A DNA stretch of 51,515 nucleotides from Macrostomum lignano (Eukaryota): contig NIVC01003241.1 in assembly GCA_002269645.1 (NCBI GenBank), forward strand, positions 1 to 51,515. Direction: 5' to 3'. The notes under the pieces were generated by a model. That model made no database searches, had not been told where the DNA came from, and worked only from the letters and a program-made list of their open reading frames with translations. Below, one piece after another: positions 11,637 to 24,200 of the stretch; positions within the stretch are counted from its first letter, which is position 1; each line of letters opens with the position of its first letter. Made by a program: the position numbers and the translations under genes.

Positions 11637-13355
11637 ATGTCGCCCACCTGCGAAACTCCCAACTGCGGCAAGGAGGCCAAATTTCGTTGTCCAACCTGCG
11701 TTAAACTCGGCATTGACGGCTCGTATTTTTGTGCCCAGGATTGTTTTAAGGTGAGGAAATGTAATCGCATTTTATTTGCTTTCTTGTACTTGTAACTGTG
11801 AATTGTTTACATCTGAATCTGTTACTAAAAGACAGGCAGACAGACATACAGACACAGATAGTCAGTCAGTCAGTCAGACAGACAGACAGCCAGGCAGACA
11901 GACATACAGGCACAGAGACAGGCAGACAGACAGACAGGATGGCAGACAGTCAGTCAGACAGACAGACAGACAGACAGGCAGGTAGGCAGAAAGGCAGGCA
12001 GACAGACAAACAGACAGACAGGCAGGGAGGCAGACAGACAGGCAGACAGACACACAGGCAGAAAGACAGACAGACACGCAGGCAGGCAGACAGACAGGCA
12101 GCCAGGCAGACAGACAGGCAGGCAGACAAACAGGCAGACAGACAAACAGACAGACACAGACAGAAAGACAGACAGACACGCAGGCAGGCAGAACGGCAGG
12201 CAAACAGACAGGCAGACAGACACACAGACAGAAAGACAGGCAGACACGCAGGCAGGCAGACAGACAGACAGACAGACACAGACAGATAGGCAGACACACA
12301 GACAGATAGGCAGACACACGGACAGGCGGGAGGCAGACACACAGACAGGCGGGAGGCAGACAGTCAGGCAGGCAGACACACAGACAGAAAGACAGACAGA
12401 CACGCAGGCAGGCAGAAAGGCAGGCAGACAGACAGACAGACAGACACAGACACAGACAGATAGGCAGACACATAGACGGACAGGCAGGCAGACAGACAGA
12501 CAGACAGACAGACAGACACACAGACAGAAAGACAGACAGACACGCAGGCAGGCAGAAAGGCAGGCAGACACAAAGATAAGACAGAAGTAAATGAACAAAT
12601 ATAAATGGCCACTTGCAGGCGAAAATGAGGCGCTTGAATGTGCTCAGGAGTCAGCGAATTGGCAGAATTGCCTCAGCGCTGGTGCTGTGTGACGATGTCG
12701 CCTAAGGCGTTGCATAAGCGCGCCCGCAGCTATCTTCACCTTCTCTCCCTCCGACTATCACTCGCAGGGCTACTGGAAGGACCACAAGAAGGTGCACGCC
12801 CTAGTTGAAAAGCTTCACCCCGGCAGCGCGCTAGCCGCCGACAAGCAGCAGCCGCTGGAGCTGTCCTGGCCTGGCTATCATTTCACTGGCTCGCTGCGGC
12901 CGCACAGGCAGACACCCCGGCGCACCCTGCCTGATTCAATCGTCAGGCCCGACTATTGGAAAGACGGCACACCGTACAGCGAGCGGCAGAGCAAATCAGT
13001 GCTCAGAGTTATTGACGACGATGCCGAACTAGAGGACATGCGAGTAGTCTGCCGTCTGGCTCGTGAAGTTCTCGAAGAAGGCATGCGAGCCGTTGCTCCC
13101 GGTGTCACCACCGACGAGATCGACCGGATTGTGCACGAAGCCTGCATCGAACGGGACTGCTATCCGTCACCTCTGAACTACTACGGCTTCCCGAAATCTT
13201 GCTGTACATCCGTTAACGAAGTGATCTGTCACGGCATACCGGATCTGAGGCCGCTGGTTGAAGGCGATATTGTTAATATTGATGTGACCTGCTATCATCG
13301 GGAGCATCACGGCGACCTCAATGAGACCGTGTTCGTTGGAAAGGTGAGTCAAGTA

Positions 13356-13442
<87 letters not shown>

Positions 13443-14165
13443 ATCTGTCTGCCTGTCTGTCTGTTTGTCCCTTTGTCAGTCAGCTAATCTATCTGCCGGC
13501 TATATCGTATGCATTCCTTCTTCCTTCCGGTATATGATATCGCTGATCTAGACCCCACCGCAGCATGCCTGGTTTATCAAAATAAGTCGAGCTACTTCTA
13601 ATTCTAGATATATAACCAATTCTAAGCGCTATTTATATCTATTTCCAACGCTTTGCCGTACAAGCATCCTGCAGCGATAGTATACATGTAAGTAACGAAT
13701 GCTATATTGCCAAATCTTCAGGTGGACGAGGACAGCAAGCGCCTAGTCCAAGCCGCCTACGATTGCCTACAAAAATCGATCGAAGCCGTCCGACCCGGGG
13801 TAAAATTCCGCGACATGGGCGACATTATCCAGCGTCACGCGCACTCGGCCGGCCTGTCGGTTGTCCGAACCTACTGTGGCCACGGAATCCACCGTCTGTT
13901 CCATTGCGCACCAAATGTGCCGCACTACGCTAAAAACAAAGCCGTAGGCGTGATGAAACCCGGTCACGTGTTCACTATCGAGCCAATGATTAATCTGGGC
14001 GTCTGGCGGGATCAGCTGTGGCAGGACGATTGGACTTCGGTCACCGTTGATGGCAAACGGTCGGCACAGTTTGAGGAGACTCTGTTAGTAACGGAGACCG
14101 GCTGCGATGTGCTCACCCGCCGGCTGGCTGATAATGGGCGACCGTTTTTCATGTCGCAAGTGTGA
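11637..14165 (+). CDS. METAP1: Methionine aminopeptidase 1 (exons 11637-11750, 12768-13343, 13722-14165; 377 aa)
   Basis: N-terminal zinc finger [18 protein letters not shown]|[10 protein letters not shown]; [61 protein letters not shown]. Two phase-0 GT-AG introns. Confidence 0.97.
11830..12575. repeat. (GACA/GGCA)n microsatellite in METAP1 intron 1
   Basis: Direct inspection. Confidence 0.97.
13358..13470. repeat. (GTCT)n microsatellite in METAP1 intron 2
   Basis: Direct inspection. Confidence 0.97.
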
Positions 14166-14389
14166 ATAATTTATCAAGTTTATAAAGAGCATGATGTCTT
14201 TTTGGTCTCAGCTTTGTTTGTTTTTGGTATTGTTTTAATAACTGCATACAACTATAATCAAATAGGGAGCCAATATTTCAGTATCAAACATATGCATGCG
14301 TGTACTCCATATGAGGGTCTAGATTTTGTAACAGTTTTCTGTTTGGTCTGTGTACATGTAGCTGACGAAACTGGGCGGTCATTTCAGTA

Positions 14390-14960
14390 ATTTTATGACC
14401 GGTCATTGAATGGCTCTATGAGCTGTCATTCATTGGCTTAATGAGCGGTCATTTCAGTAATTTTATGAGCGGTCATTGAATGGCTCTATGAGCTGCCATT
14501 CAGTGACTGGATGAGCAGTCATTCAGTGACTTGATAAGCAGTCATTCAGTGACTTTATGAACAGTCATTCAGTGACTTTATGAACAGTCATTCAGTGACT
14601 GGATGAGCAGTCATTCAGTGACTTTATGAACAGTCATTCAGTGACTGGATGAGCAGTCATTCAGTGACTTGATAAGCAGTCATTCAGTGACTTTATGAGC
14701 AGTCATTCAGTGACTTTATGAGCAGTCATTCAGTGACTTTATGAACAGTCATTCAGTGACTGGATGAGCAGTCATTCAGTGACTGGGTGAACCGTCATTC
14801 AGTGACTTTATGAGCGGTCATTAAATGCATTTTTGAGCAGTCATTCATATGCTAAACGAGCGGTCATTTGAATGACTTTTTGAGCAGTCATTCATATGCT
14901 AAATGAGCGGTCATTAAGTGACTTGATAAGCGGTTATTTAGTGGCCTAATGAGTAGTGAT
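14390..14960. repeat. 23-bp minisatellite (cagtcattcagtgactttatgaa and variants)
   Basis: Tandem copies with degenerate flanks, downstream of METAP1. Confidence 0.9.
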
Positions 14961-15779
14961 GATTTAGTGACTGAGCCACTCACAATGATAAATTAACATT
15001 ATCATTAAATTTATTTCTTTTTTAAATAAGCAGATGCGCAAGAAAGATGCCTGTTATGCTAGACTGCGTTCTGTTTTTAGAAAAATTAAGTAGCTAAATA
15101 ATATCAATTACCGTTGATAGATGTGAACGCATAAAACCCTTATTTAACCTTTTTTTAATAAATTTGCCACCGAGTATGTAAGCGTTTTTATACAGATAGG
15201 GACTTCAGGAATGCTTCTAATATTATAATATCATATATAGCTTAATAATTTATACACTAATGTACTTTTAGACCTTACCCGCGCAGAATGTTATATTATT
15301 TTGCTCGATATTTTATCAGCTTCCCTATTTTGACAATAATTGCAGTTTGTTGTTTTTTGTTGCTGGCTCATGTGTGTGTACTTTTGTGTCTCTAGCGGAC
15401 ATCCTGTCGGCTTAATCTGTAATCTGTGTGTGTCTGATATTGTACTTATGCTGTACCCAAGACTGTGGAATGAAAAAGAAATTACCTAAATTTGCTTTGA
15501 TGACAAAGCTTTGCGTTTTAATAGTTCTTGTTTTTTTATTTTAAAAGTACCTTTTTGTCATTTTGTTAGCTGTAGCTTTTAGTTTATATCCGAATAGGCA
15601 CTTCAAGGATACTGATACTGATTTATTGTATAACTTTAACATTCTTTAATATTATTTCTGCGTCTTGGCTACGTAATTGAACTGCAATGTGTCTTCGATT
15701 GACTGTCGCCTTTATTTCTATATTATCATTGATGCGTAAGTGCTTATAGTTGCTGCTATAACTGCAATACAACCTCCAA

Positions 15780-16150
15780 CCACACCGAAAACCACTCTTG
15801 AACCCAACCTCAGTGCCACCTAACCCCAATATTAGGGGCACTATATTGGGCCATGCAGGCAATGCCACCCAACCCCAATGCCACCATTGTACGCAACCCC
15901 AATGCCACCCATAAACCCAACCCCAATGCCACCCATAAACCCAACCCCACTGTTACCCATGAACCCAACCTCAATGCCACCCATGTACCCAACCCCAATG
16001 TCACCCATGAACCCAACCCCAATGCCAGCCTTGAACCCAACACCAAAAACCAATAAACCTAGCCACAATACCATCTGTGAACTCCATCCAAAAAGCCACC
16101 ATTTAAACCACTAAAAAACCTTTGAACCCAACTCAAAACCATTGAACGCA
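15780..16150. repeat. C-rich ~24-bp repeat (aacccaaccccaatgccacccata)
   Basis: Degenerate tandem copies. Confidence 0.8.
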
Positions 16151-16197
16151 ACCAAAAACTACTTTTCTTACACTGAATTGAACAAACCGTTTTTCAG

Positions 16198-17622
16198 ATC
16201 CTTACTTGACCGTCTCCAAAGATATTTATTGCACTAACAAAGTAACTCAAACACTGCACATGGATCCGTCAGGCACTGAGGCTTACAAAATAATGACTAG
16301 AGAGACTGGAACAATAGGCTACACTCAAAACCTCGACTGCAAATGGATATTAAGGGTGTCAAGGACGTCTGCTACCGTTCAGATAATGATTAACATAACT
16401 ACTATAGATTTGGCATTTGTTGAACGCCTGCATGAGCAGTCCTGCTCAAATCAACCCATTGTTGATGTCTTCTCTATGAAATTTGACGGCATATTTCAAG
16501 TTGGATCTAGTGAGTGCAAGTTGGTTACTGGATAGATTTGAGTAGAGGGTAGAGATAAGAGTAGGGGATAGAGATAGGAGTAGAGGGTAGAGAGAGATAA
16601 GAGTAGCGGGTAGAGATAAGAGTAGGGGTTAGAGATAAGAGTAGGGAGTAGAGATAAGAGTAGGGAGTAGAGATAAGAGTAGAGAGTAGAGATAAGAGTT
16701 GGGAGTAGAGATCAGAGTAGGGGGTAGAGATAAGAGTAGGGGTAGAGATAAGAGTAGGAGTTGAAGATAAGCGTAGGGAGTAATGATGAGTGTAGGAGAT
16801 AGAGACAAGAACAAGGGAATATGGTTAAAGATCGACATTATTATACATAAAAAATCATATTCGTCTAACTTTTTTCAGTGCAATTTAGCCATTTAAAATG
16901 GTGCTCAAATTGGATGGCTGTACGCACGGGAGAGATCCTTGTTTTCAGCGTGATCGCCTCGTAGGTTTAATTCTGATTTTGTCTGCATATCGGTATAGAA
17001 TAGTTATACATGCAAATATTATATGCAATTATAGTAGTTTATGTACTTTGATTATTGCTCAATCTGCCCCCCGGCCAGCCTCGGCAGCTTAACTGTGCAG
17101 TTCAAGTCGGCCGAGCGGCCACTCCCGGCCGACGATATCGGCCAAGAATACCGCGGCATCGAATTCAAAGCCACCGTGTTGAAAGCGAATTACTGCGAGC
17201 ACGGCCTGCTGCACCACAAGGGCTGGTGCTACTTTATTACTAACCGACTGATCACGTTTAGGCAGGCTTGGAACTTCAGCCAGCACGCCACCGGGGAGCT
17301 GGTCGCCTTTGACACTCAGCGGGAGTTTGCCGAGCTTTTTCAAGCTAGTAGGTTGTTGGCTGTGTGTCTGCGTGTCTGTCAGTCTGTCTGTCCGTCTGTC
17401 TGTGTGTGTGTGTCAGTCTGTGTGCGTGTCTGTCAGTCTGTGTGTGTGTGTGTGTGTGTGTCTGTCAGTCTGTTTGTGTGTCTGTCTGTCTGTTTGTGTG
17501 TCTGTCTGTCTGTCTGTCTGTTTGTGTGTCTGTCTGTCTGTCTGTCTGTTTGTGTGTCTGTCTGTCTGTTTGTGTGTCTGTCTGTCTGTTTGTGTGTCTG
17601 TCTGTCTGTATGTCTGTTTGTG

Positions 17623-17653
<31 letters not shown>

Positions 17654-19197
17654 GTGTCTGTCTGTCTGTCTGTCTGTTTGTGTGTCTGTCTGTCTGTTTG
17701 TGTGTCTGTCTGTCTGTCTGTCTGTTTGTGTGTCTGTCTGTCTGTTTGTGTGTCTGTCTGTCTGTTTGTGTGTCTGTCTGTCTGTTTGTGTGTCTGTCTG
17801 TCTGTCTGTCTGTTTGTGTGTCTGTCTGTCTGTCTGTCTGTTTGTGTGTCTGTCTGTCTGTTTGTGTGTCTGTCTGTCTGTCTGTCTGTGTGTCTGTCTG
17901 TCTGTCTGTCTTTCTGTCTGTCAGTCTGTCCTTCTGTGTGTCTGTCTGTCTGTCTGTGTGTCTATTTGTTTGTCTTTCTGTCTGTCAGTCTGTCCTTCTG
18001 TGTGTCTGTCTGTCTGTCTGTGTGTCTATTTGTTTGTCTTTCTGTCTGTCAGTCTGTCCTTCTGTGTGTCTGTCTTTCTGTCTGTCAGCTATCTGTCTAT
18101 CTATCTACCTATCCATCCATCTATTTAGACAGTGACAGAGGCTCCGGATATGGCAACACTCCGCTGGATCTGGCCGCAAATAAACTGGTGTGGATTGGCA
18201 ATTTCTTGGGAAGCGACGGCAACGTTTACGCTACAACTTCTGTAAGGAGATGCTACGAAGGCATTACTTACGACTTTGCGTGAGTGACGCAAATTTTCGG
18301 GTCTTGTTAATGAGGGAGATTCAACAATCAATTCAACAATCTTGTTAATGAGGGAGATTCAACAATCAATTCAACAATCTTGTTAATGAGGGAGATTCAA
18401 CAATCAATTCAACAATCTTGTTAATGAGGGAGATTCAACAATCAATTCAACAATCTTGTTAATGAGGGAGATTCAACAATCAATTCAACAATCTTGTTAA
18501 TGAGGGAGATTCAACAATCAATTCAACAATCTTGTTAATGAGGGAGATTCAACAATCAATTCAACAATCTTGTTAATAACGGAGATTCAACAATCAATTC
18601 AACAATCTTGTTAATAACGGAGATTCAACAATCAATTCAACAATCTTGTTAATAACGGAGATTCAACAATCTTGTTAATGACGGAGATTCAACAATCAAT
18701 TCAACAATCTTGTTAATGAGGGAGATTCAACAATCAAGTAGAGAGATATGGGGTCGAAAGAAATATCGATGATATTTCCGCTTCTAAAACACAGGAAGTT
18801 TGCAGCACCTGACGGCCAGTCGGATAAGAAGGCTCCACGGAAAGCCTGTCGTTTCGCAATGAGCACCAGCACCCAGAATCTCACCTGTCAAGATGACGAT
18901 GCACTACTGCCAGCGCTGGTCCGTTTCCCGCTAGTTTCGTTGGCTAATAATTACGACGCCAGGGCGTATCCATGCGCACCGCCTCGCGACGCCGATACGG
19001 ACTTTGATGAACTAATTGACAGCGAAGAATCCAAAGCGGATGTTGATCCTAATGCATTTGATAAAAAATTCCAAATTCTGTTAGCTGGCCTGGGCATTTT
19101 TGCTGGCTGTCTGGTGGCAATGCTTGGCTTAGCAATTGCTGCGCAGATTCGCGACTATACCTATTCTGATCTCATCGAGGTTAATGAGAATAGTTGA
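16198..19197 (+). CDS. Type I membrane CUB/C-type-lectin-like receptor, paralog 2 (exons 16198-16509, 16879-16960, 17079-17347, 18129-18279, 18795-19197; 5' exon unresolved, candidate signal-peptide ATG at 15288)
   Basis: CUB-like [28 protein letters not shown]; CTLD-like [26 protein letters not shown]; [25 protein letters not shown]. All four introns are GT-AG with matching phases (1,2,1,2). Confidence 0.8.
16540..16810. repeat. Purine-rich intronic minisatellite (gagtaggggtagagataa)
   Basis: Direct tandem copies. Confidence 0.9.
17365..18120. repeat. (TCTG/TGTG)n compound microsatellite in paralog 2 intron
   Basis: Direct inspection. Confidence 0.97.
18302..18737. repeat. 38-bp minisatellite (tcttgttaatgagggagattcaacaatcaattcaacaa), ~11 copies
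   Basis: Period 38 (18302, 18340, ...). Confidence 0.95.
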
Positions 19198-19550
19198 CTC
19201 TAGATGGGCCCAAAGATACTAAAGTGACTCAGGCATGTATTACTTTGCAAAACAGCTTTCGACTTTCAATTTGACACAGTAGTAAAGAATAATGCATAAG
19301 CTATTTTACGAGTATAAAAATAAAGGCAGCTGAAATGACTTTGATAAGTTTAGAAGCCCAAAGCTTGCAGGCGTAAACAACTTGCTAATTGGTTCAGCAG
19401 TAATGTACATTGGCCAGTCCACTGAAATGTACATGGCAGCTTTAGGCTGGAATTCCGAGAGAGGCAATAAAAATTGGGGACGGGACGGAGGGGGTATGTT
19501 AGGGGTTTAAGCTAGGGGTCAGAGCCAATAAATGAGCCTTCGCTTCAAAA

Positions 19551-20056
19551 GGGACGCTTTCATAAGACCTAAATTTCACAACGCCTAAAACCACCACACT
19601 TCACAACGCCTAAATTTCATATCGCCTAAATTTCACAACGCCTAAAATATTTGCACGCTCTTTCACATCGCCTAAATTTCACAACGCCTAAAATCTTTGC
19701 TTCTCTCCTTCACATTCAGTTTTAGGTGTTGTGAAATTTAGACGATATGAAGTTTAGGCGATATGAAGTAGGATGCATTTTCGGTTTTAGGCGTTATGAA
19801 ATTTAGGCGATATGAAATTTAGGCGATATGAAGTAGGATGCATTTTCGGTTTTAGGCGTTATGAAATTTGGGCGATATGAAATTTAGGCGATATGAAATT
19901 TAGGCGATGTGAAGGAGCGTGCAGAAATTTTAGGCGTTGTGAAATTTAGGCGATGTGAAATTTAGGCGATGTGAAGGAGGCTGCATTTAGGCGTTGTGAA
20001 ATTTAGGCGATGTGAAATTTAGGCGTTGTGAAATTTAGGTCTTATGAAGCGCACCC
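19551..20056. mobile_element. Foldback (MULE-like) non-autonomous element with GGG..CCC ends and 8-bp TSD
   Basis: Long imperfect TIRs gggacgctttcataagacctaaatttcacaacgcctaaa / tttaggcgttgtgaaatttaggtcttatgaagcgcaccc; TSD cttcaaaa at 19543-19550 and 20057-20064; internal ~16-bp repeats in inverted arms. Superfamily is inferred. Confidence 0.8.
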
Positions 20057-20859
20057 CTTCAAAATACATTAAAATGCTTCTGTTTAACTAACTACTGAAC
20101 TGAAAGTAGCTTACACGCAAATGTGCCGAGTGGGCCATCTGGTTATTCTACTATCTGTGGATGTGACTAACAAGCATCTGACAAGTGGAGAGTTCAAAGT
20201 TTTATTTACAGCTAAGCATTTCCCCCTTTTTTAAAGAAATTGTCAATTTTATATTGTTTATAATATATTTCGTTTCAAAAGCTCTTTTGTATTGGCCCAA
20301 TTCAGTTTGAGAATATTTAGGCGTATATATACTACTAATATGTAAGTGGTCCATTTATGGATTTTTTGTCTAATTATTGTCTTTTTCTTTTTTGATTGAC
20401 AAAGTTTTTTGATATGCAACAATAATACACTGGTCTATGTATAGTTTATTATTTCAGTTTATTTTCTATATAGCCTATGTAGTAGATGACTGTCTAATTT
20501 GATTAAAAAATATAGGGAAAATGATCAAATTTCAGCTTTAATCAGATAAATCCACTGGACAAGTCTTTTCTAGCCTCTTCTATAACTGGTCAATGTTAGA
20601 TATACTGACCTTGGACATTGTAAGTATTTCAATTTCCTTATTGTATTGCATTGTTTTATCTGTAATGGCTTTACATATATTTAATTAAATTGACAATTTG
20701 TTACCTGCTAACAATTGCCCTTAGATCATGGATCTAGATCACGGCTTGATAATACTTTGCTGCTTCATCCAGTAAGTTAATAATGCCTGTGTATACATGG
20801 TAACTTGCCTTATCCTAACCCAAACATCTCATCTACCTCTCCTTACCCCTAAACTGACT

Positions 20860-21280
20860 TATTGTCTATCCTGACCCATTTTGATTTAGCTGACCTATTA
20901 TCTACTCTGACCCACTAAGCTGACCTATTATCCACCCTGACCCAATTAGCTGACCTATCATCCACCGTGACCCACTTACCTGACCAATTATCCATCCTGA
21001 CCCACTTACCTGACCAATTATCCATCCTGACCCACCTATCTGACCAATTATCCATCCTAGCTGGCCCACTTACCTGACCAATTATCCATCCTAGCTGGCC
21101 CACTTACCTGACCAATTATCCACTCTGACCCACTTACCTGACCTATTATCCATCCAGACCCACTTACCTGACCTATTATTCATCCTGACCCACTTACATG
21201 ACCTATTATTTATCCTGACCCACTTAGCTAATGTATAATCCTACTTGACCCACTTACCTGACCCACCTATCCTTCCCGAT
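20860..21280. repeat. 30-bp minisatellite (cccacttacctgaccaattatccatcctga)
   Basis: Direct tandem copies immediately upstream of the exon at 21290. Confidence 0.9.
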
Positions 21281-21289
21281 CCCATCCAG

Positions 21290-24200
21290 TCTGAGTGCTG
21301 CAGCTTTCCACTACTGCGTAAAAGACGGCATCGAGAAGTCCAGCAGTCTCCGCCCGGAAATTGACCAGCCAGAGCAGGTTCGCGCCTATCTGAATGACAA
21401 ACTGGAATCTGAACGAGCAATCGGACCGCTGAACTGCAAATGGGAGTTTAAAATAGCGGGAATGCAGCCCGGTAGACCGATGCAGCTGGCTTTGAAAGCG
21501 AAAATGTTAACAAATAACTCCGGACAGACTGCTGGCTGTAGGGAGACGCGAATGACCTACTCTATGTCTGAGCCTCTGTGCAATGGTGAGTTTATGGAAT
21601 GGCCAGGGCATTTGCTAATACTAGCTCAATTATTATTGCAATTTAGTGTAAAACTCTTACAATTACTCTTGCCCTGCCCATTGAGCCAATTGGCATCTGA
21701 GAAACTCCCCATTGAGCCAATCGGCATCTCAGCAACTCCTCCCCATTGAGCCAATTGGCATCTCAGCAACTCCCCCCATTGACCCAATTGGCATCTCAGC
21801 AACTCCCCCTCATTGAGACAATTGGCATCTCAGCAAATCCCCATTGAGCCAATTGGCTTCTCAGCAACTCCTCATTGAGCCAATTGGCATCTCAGCAACT
21901 CCCCCTCATTAAGCCAATTGGCATCTCAGCAAATCCCCATTGAGCCAATTGGCATCTCAGCAAATCCCCATTGAGACAATTGGCTTCTCAGCAAAGATTT
22001 GTAGGACTCAGCGAGTCCTACAAATCTTTCTCCAATAGTCGCAGTACGGTACAAGAAAAGAAAGAACACAGGTGAAAACGAACCGAATAGATTTAGAGAG
22101 TGATAATCCTAGTTCAAGAATGCCTAAATTTGGTTGACTCGACGATTTAATTAAATTTAATAAAGTTACAAGATTCTTAACGTAATTCGCGGCGCAGATA
22201 ATTCGAACTGATGATAATAGCGATGCAACGATTAATAATAGTAAATTACGCAATTGGCAAGCGGATCTCAGCTGAAGAAGAAGAGGAACCGAACACGACC
22301 ACGGAGAAGACTCCTAACCCCTGGCCTAAACCAGAACCTACACTCAAACGAGAGCCCTGCCGAATTGACCGTTCAACGGAGCACTGACTAAGTTCTATCA
22401 GCGCTGCCCTTCAGTGTGACACTGAGGCCCTCTGGGTCGAGGCCCTCTGGGTCGAGGTCACGTACTTGGTCAGATCCGACAGTCTCTATCTAAACCGCGC
22501 TTGATAGCGACGACTTCAGACAGAAATTTGCCGTAGACGTTACGCTACAAGACTGAAGCGGTCGGGCAGGGAGTAAAACACGGACCGGGGGTGATGAACT
22601 CAGGCGCCTCAAAGCGCGAAAACAAGGCAAAACAGCCGGGAAGTGGAACAAAACAAAAAGCCGGGGCGAAAAGGGGAGAGAAGTGAGATCCGATTGCCAA
22701 ACACACTTTCATATATAGTCATTGTCAGACCCTCAAAACCCCCCCTAAAGCCGGGTGGTGGTCGTCTGGCCGGCCGCTCGCTAAGCTGATTTGCACTGTG
22801 CAAAATAAACTCTAACTAGAAAAAAAGTACATTGAAAACGTGACTAAATTAAAGCAAAATACAATAATTATCAACAATAATACAGAAGCCAACTAACTAA
22901 TAAAATTCAGAAATTACACAAAAGATGCTCACACTACAACCCTGACAAATTTGAACTCAATTTTGACGAATTATTGCCATTAGTCTATTTAACTATCCCT
23001 AACGATTATTTTGTCTAACTTTAAAAGTCAGAACTTTTTTCTGAAAAAAAGAAACTTTTATTACATTTCAAAGGTTTTGAATCCCGAAACACGTTTAGCT
23101 GGTGTAGTAAAGACACCGCACCTCCTATTCTGGTTACGATACCAGTTATTAATGGGTAATTATGTTTAGTATATATATATATTTCTTATTTATTTTAAAG
23201 CCTCTATCTTTTTTTTAAGTTCATAAATTGCGTCATAAATTACGCTCGTAGTAACTTTGATGTGGCTGTTTTTCGGAATAAATAGAGAATAAACAGCACA
23301 AAAACGTTGTTGGACTGTGGCTGCCTGTTGTGCTTGCCAGTATTGTTGAATGTAGTTTTCCTTTTGGCTATCAATAGTTTTACTATAATGGCATCGTGTA
23401 TTTTGTTCTATTAAATGTTGATACTAATTTTTAGCCATTGTTAGTTGACCATTAAAGATTCGTTGCTGGCCTTAGACAAGTATGAGCCAATCATCACTAC
23501 TAATAATGTGACGGATCGCTTCTTTATATCTTCCTACATCTGTATTCCTGCTTGTGTTCTATGTTATGTACTAGCAATAGTTCACAAAATTATTTAACGG
23601 AATGGCTTGACTAGTACACAAAACACTTTCGTACCTTGCATCCCTGATTACAGTATTAAAATCACTTTGATTGTACTTTTAGCTAATCACTAACAACAGC
23701 CTCTCAGATCCCATATGCTCAGATCAGCAACTATTATTTTAACAATGCCCACATTTGAACCTTTGTCAGCACGAACGTCCTGACGGTGTCCTATCACCGA
23801 GCAGCTAGCGACAGCATGACTGGCATCCAAGAGCTGACGGTCAGCGTGCCCAAGCCCGGCTACTGTGGTCGCGATTGGCTGGCCTTCAATGGCCGCTGTT
23901 TCTTCATCTCGTCTAAACCGATTGCGTTGAAAGAAATTGACGAAGCTTGGATGAAGTATCGGGCACCTCGTCTGGCTGTATTTGAGAATTCAGCTGAGAT
24001 CAAGGCGTTTCTATTGGCTAGTAAGCATTTCTCATGTTTTTTGCGTTATTAAGACTTGCTTGTTTGTTTGCATCCTTTGTGTGAATCTCTATCTACCTAA
24101 CTCATCCCTTTATAAGAAGTCTACCTGACACACCTTGATGAGAATCGCCCTCTACCTGATACACATCTTAATAAGAGTCATCCTCTACCTTGATGAGAAT

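Noticed and set aside
11798-12612. Long CLSV/QTDR-repeat ORFs, and similar ORFs at 9485-9975, 17309-18128, 31704-34299 and 40112-40835
   Set aside because: Micro- and minisatellite translation artefacts.
14065-14085. METAP1 AQFEET instead of the familiar AQFEHT
   Set aside because: The metal-binding Glu is retained; the following residue is not a metal ligand and varies among MetAP1s.
18302-18737. Regular 38-bp and other 20-51-bp arrays that superficially resemble CRISPR arrays
   Set aside because: Head-to-tail repeats with no unique spacers, no cas genes, and a eukaryotic intronic context.
22723-22947. Possible solo LTR (TGTCAG...CTGACA, internal AATAAA)
   Set aside because: No target-site duplication and no adjacent PBS or polypurine tract; 6-bp inverted ends can occur by chance.
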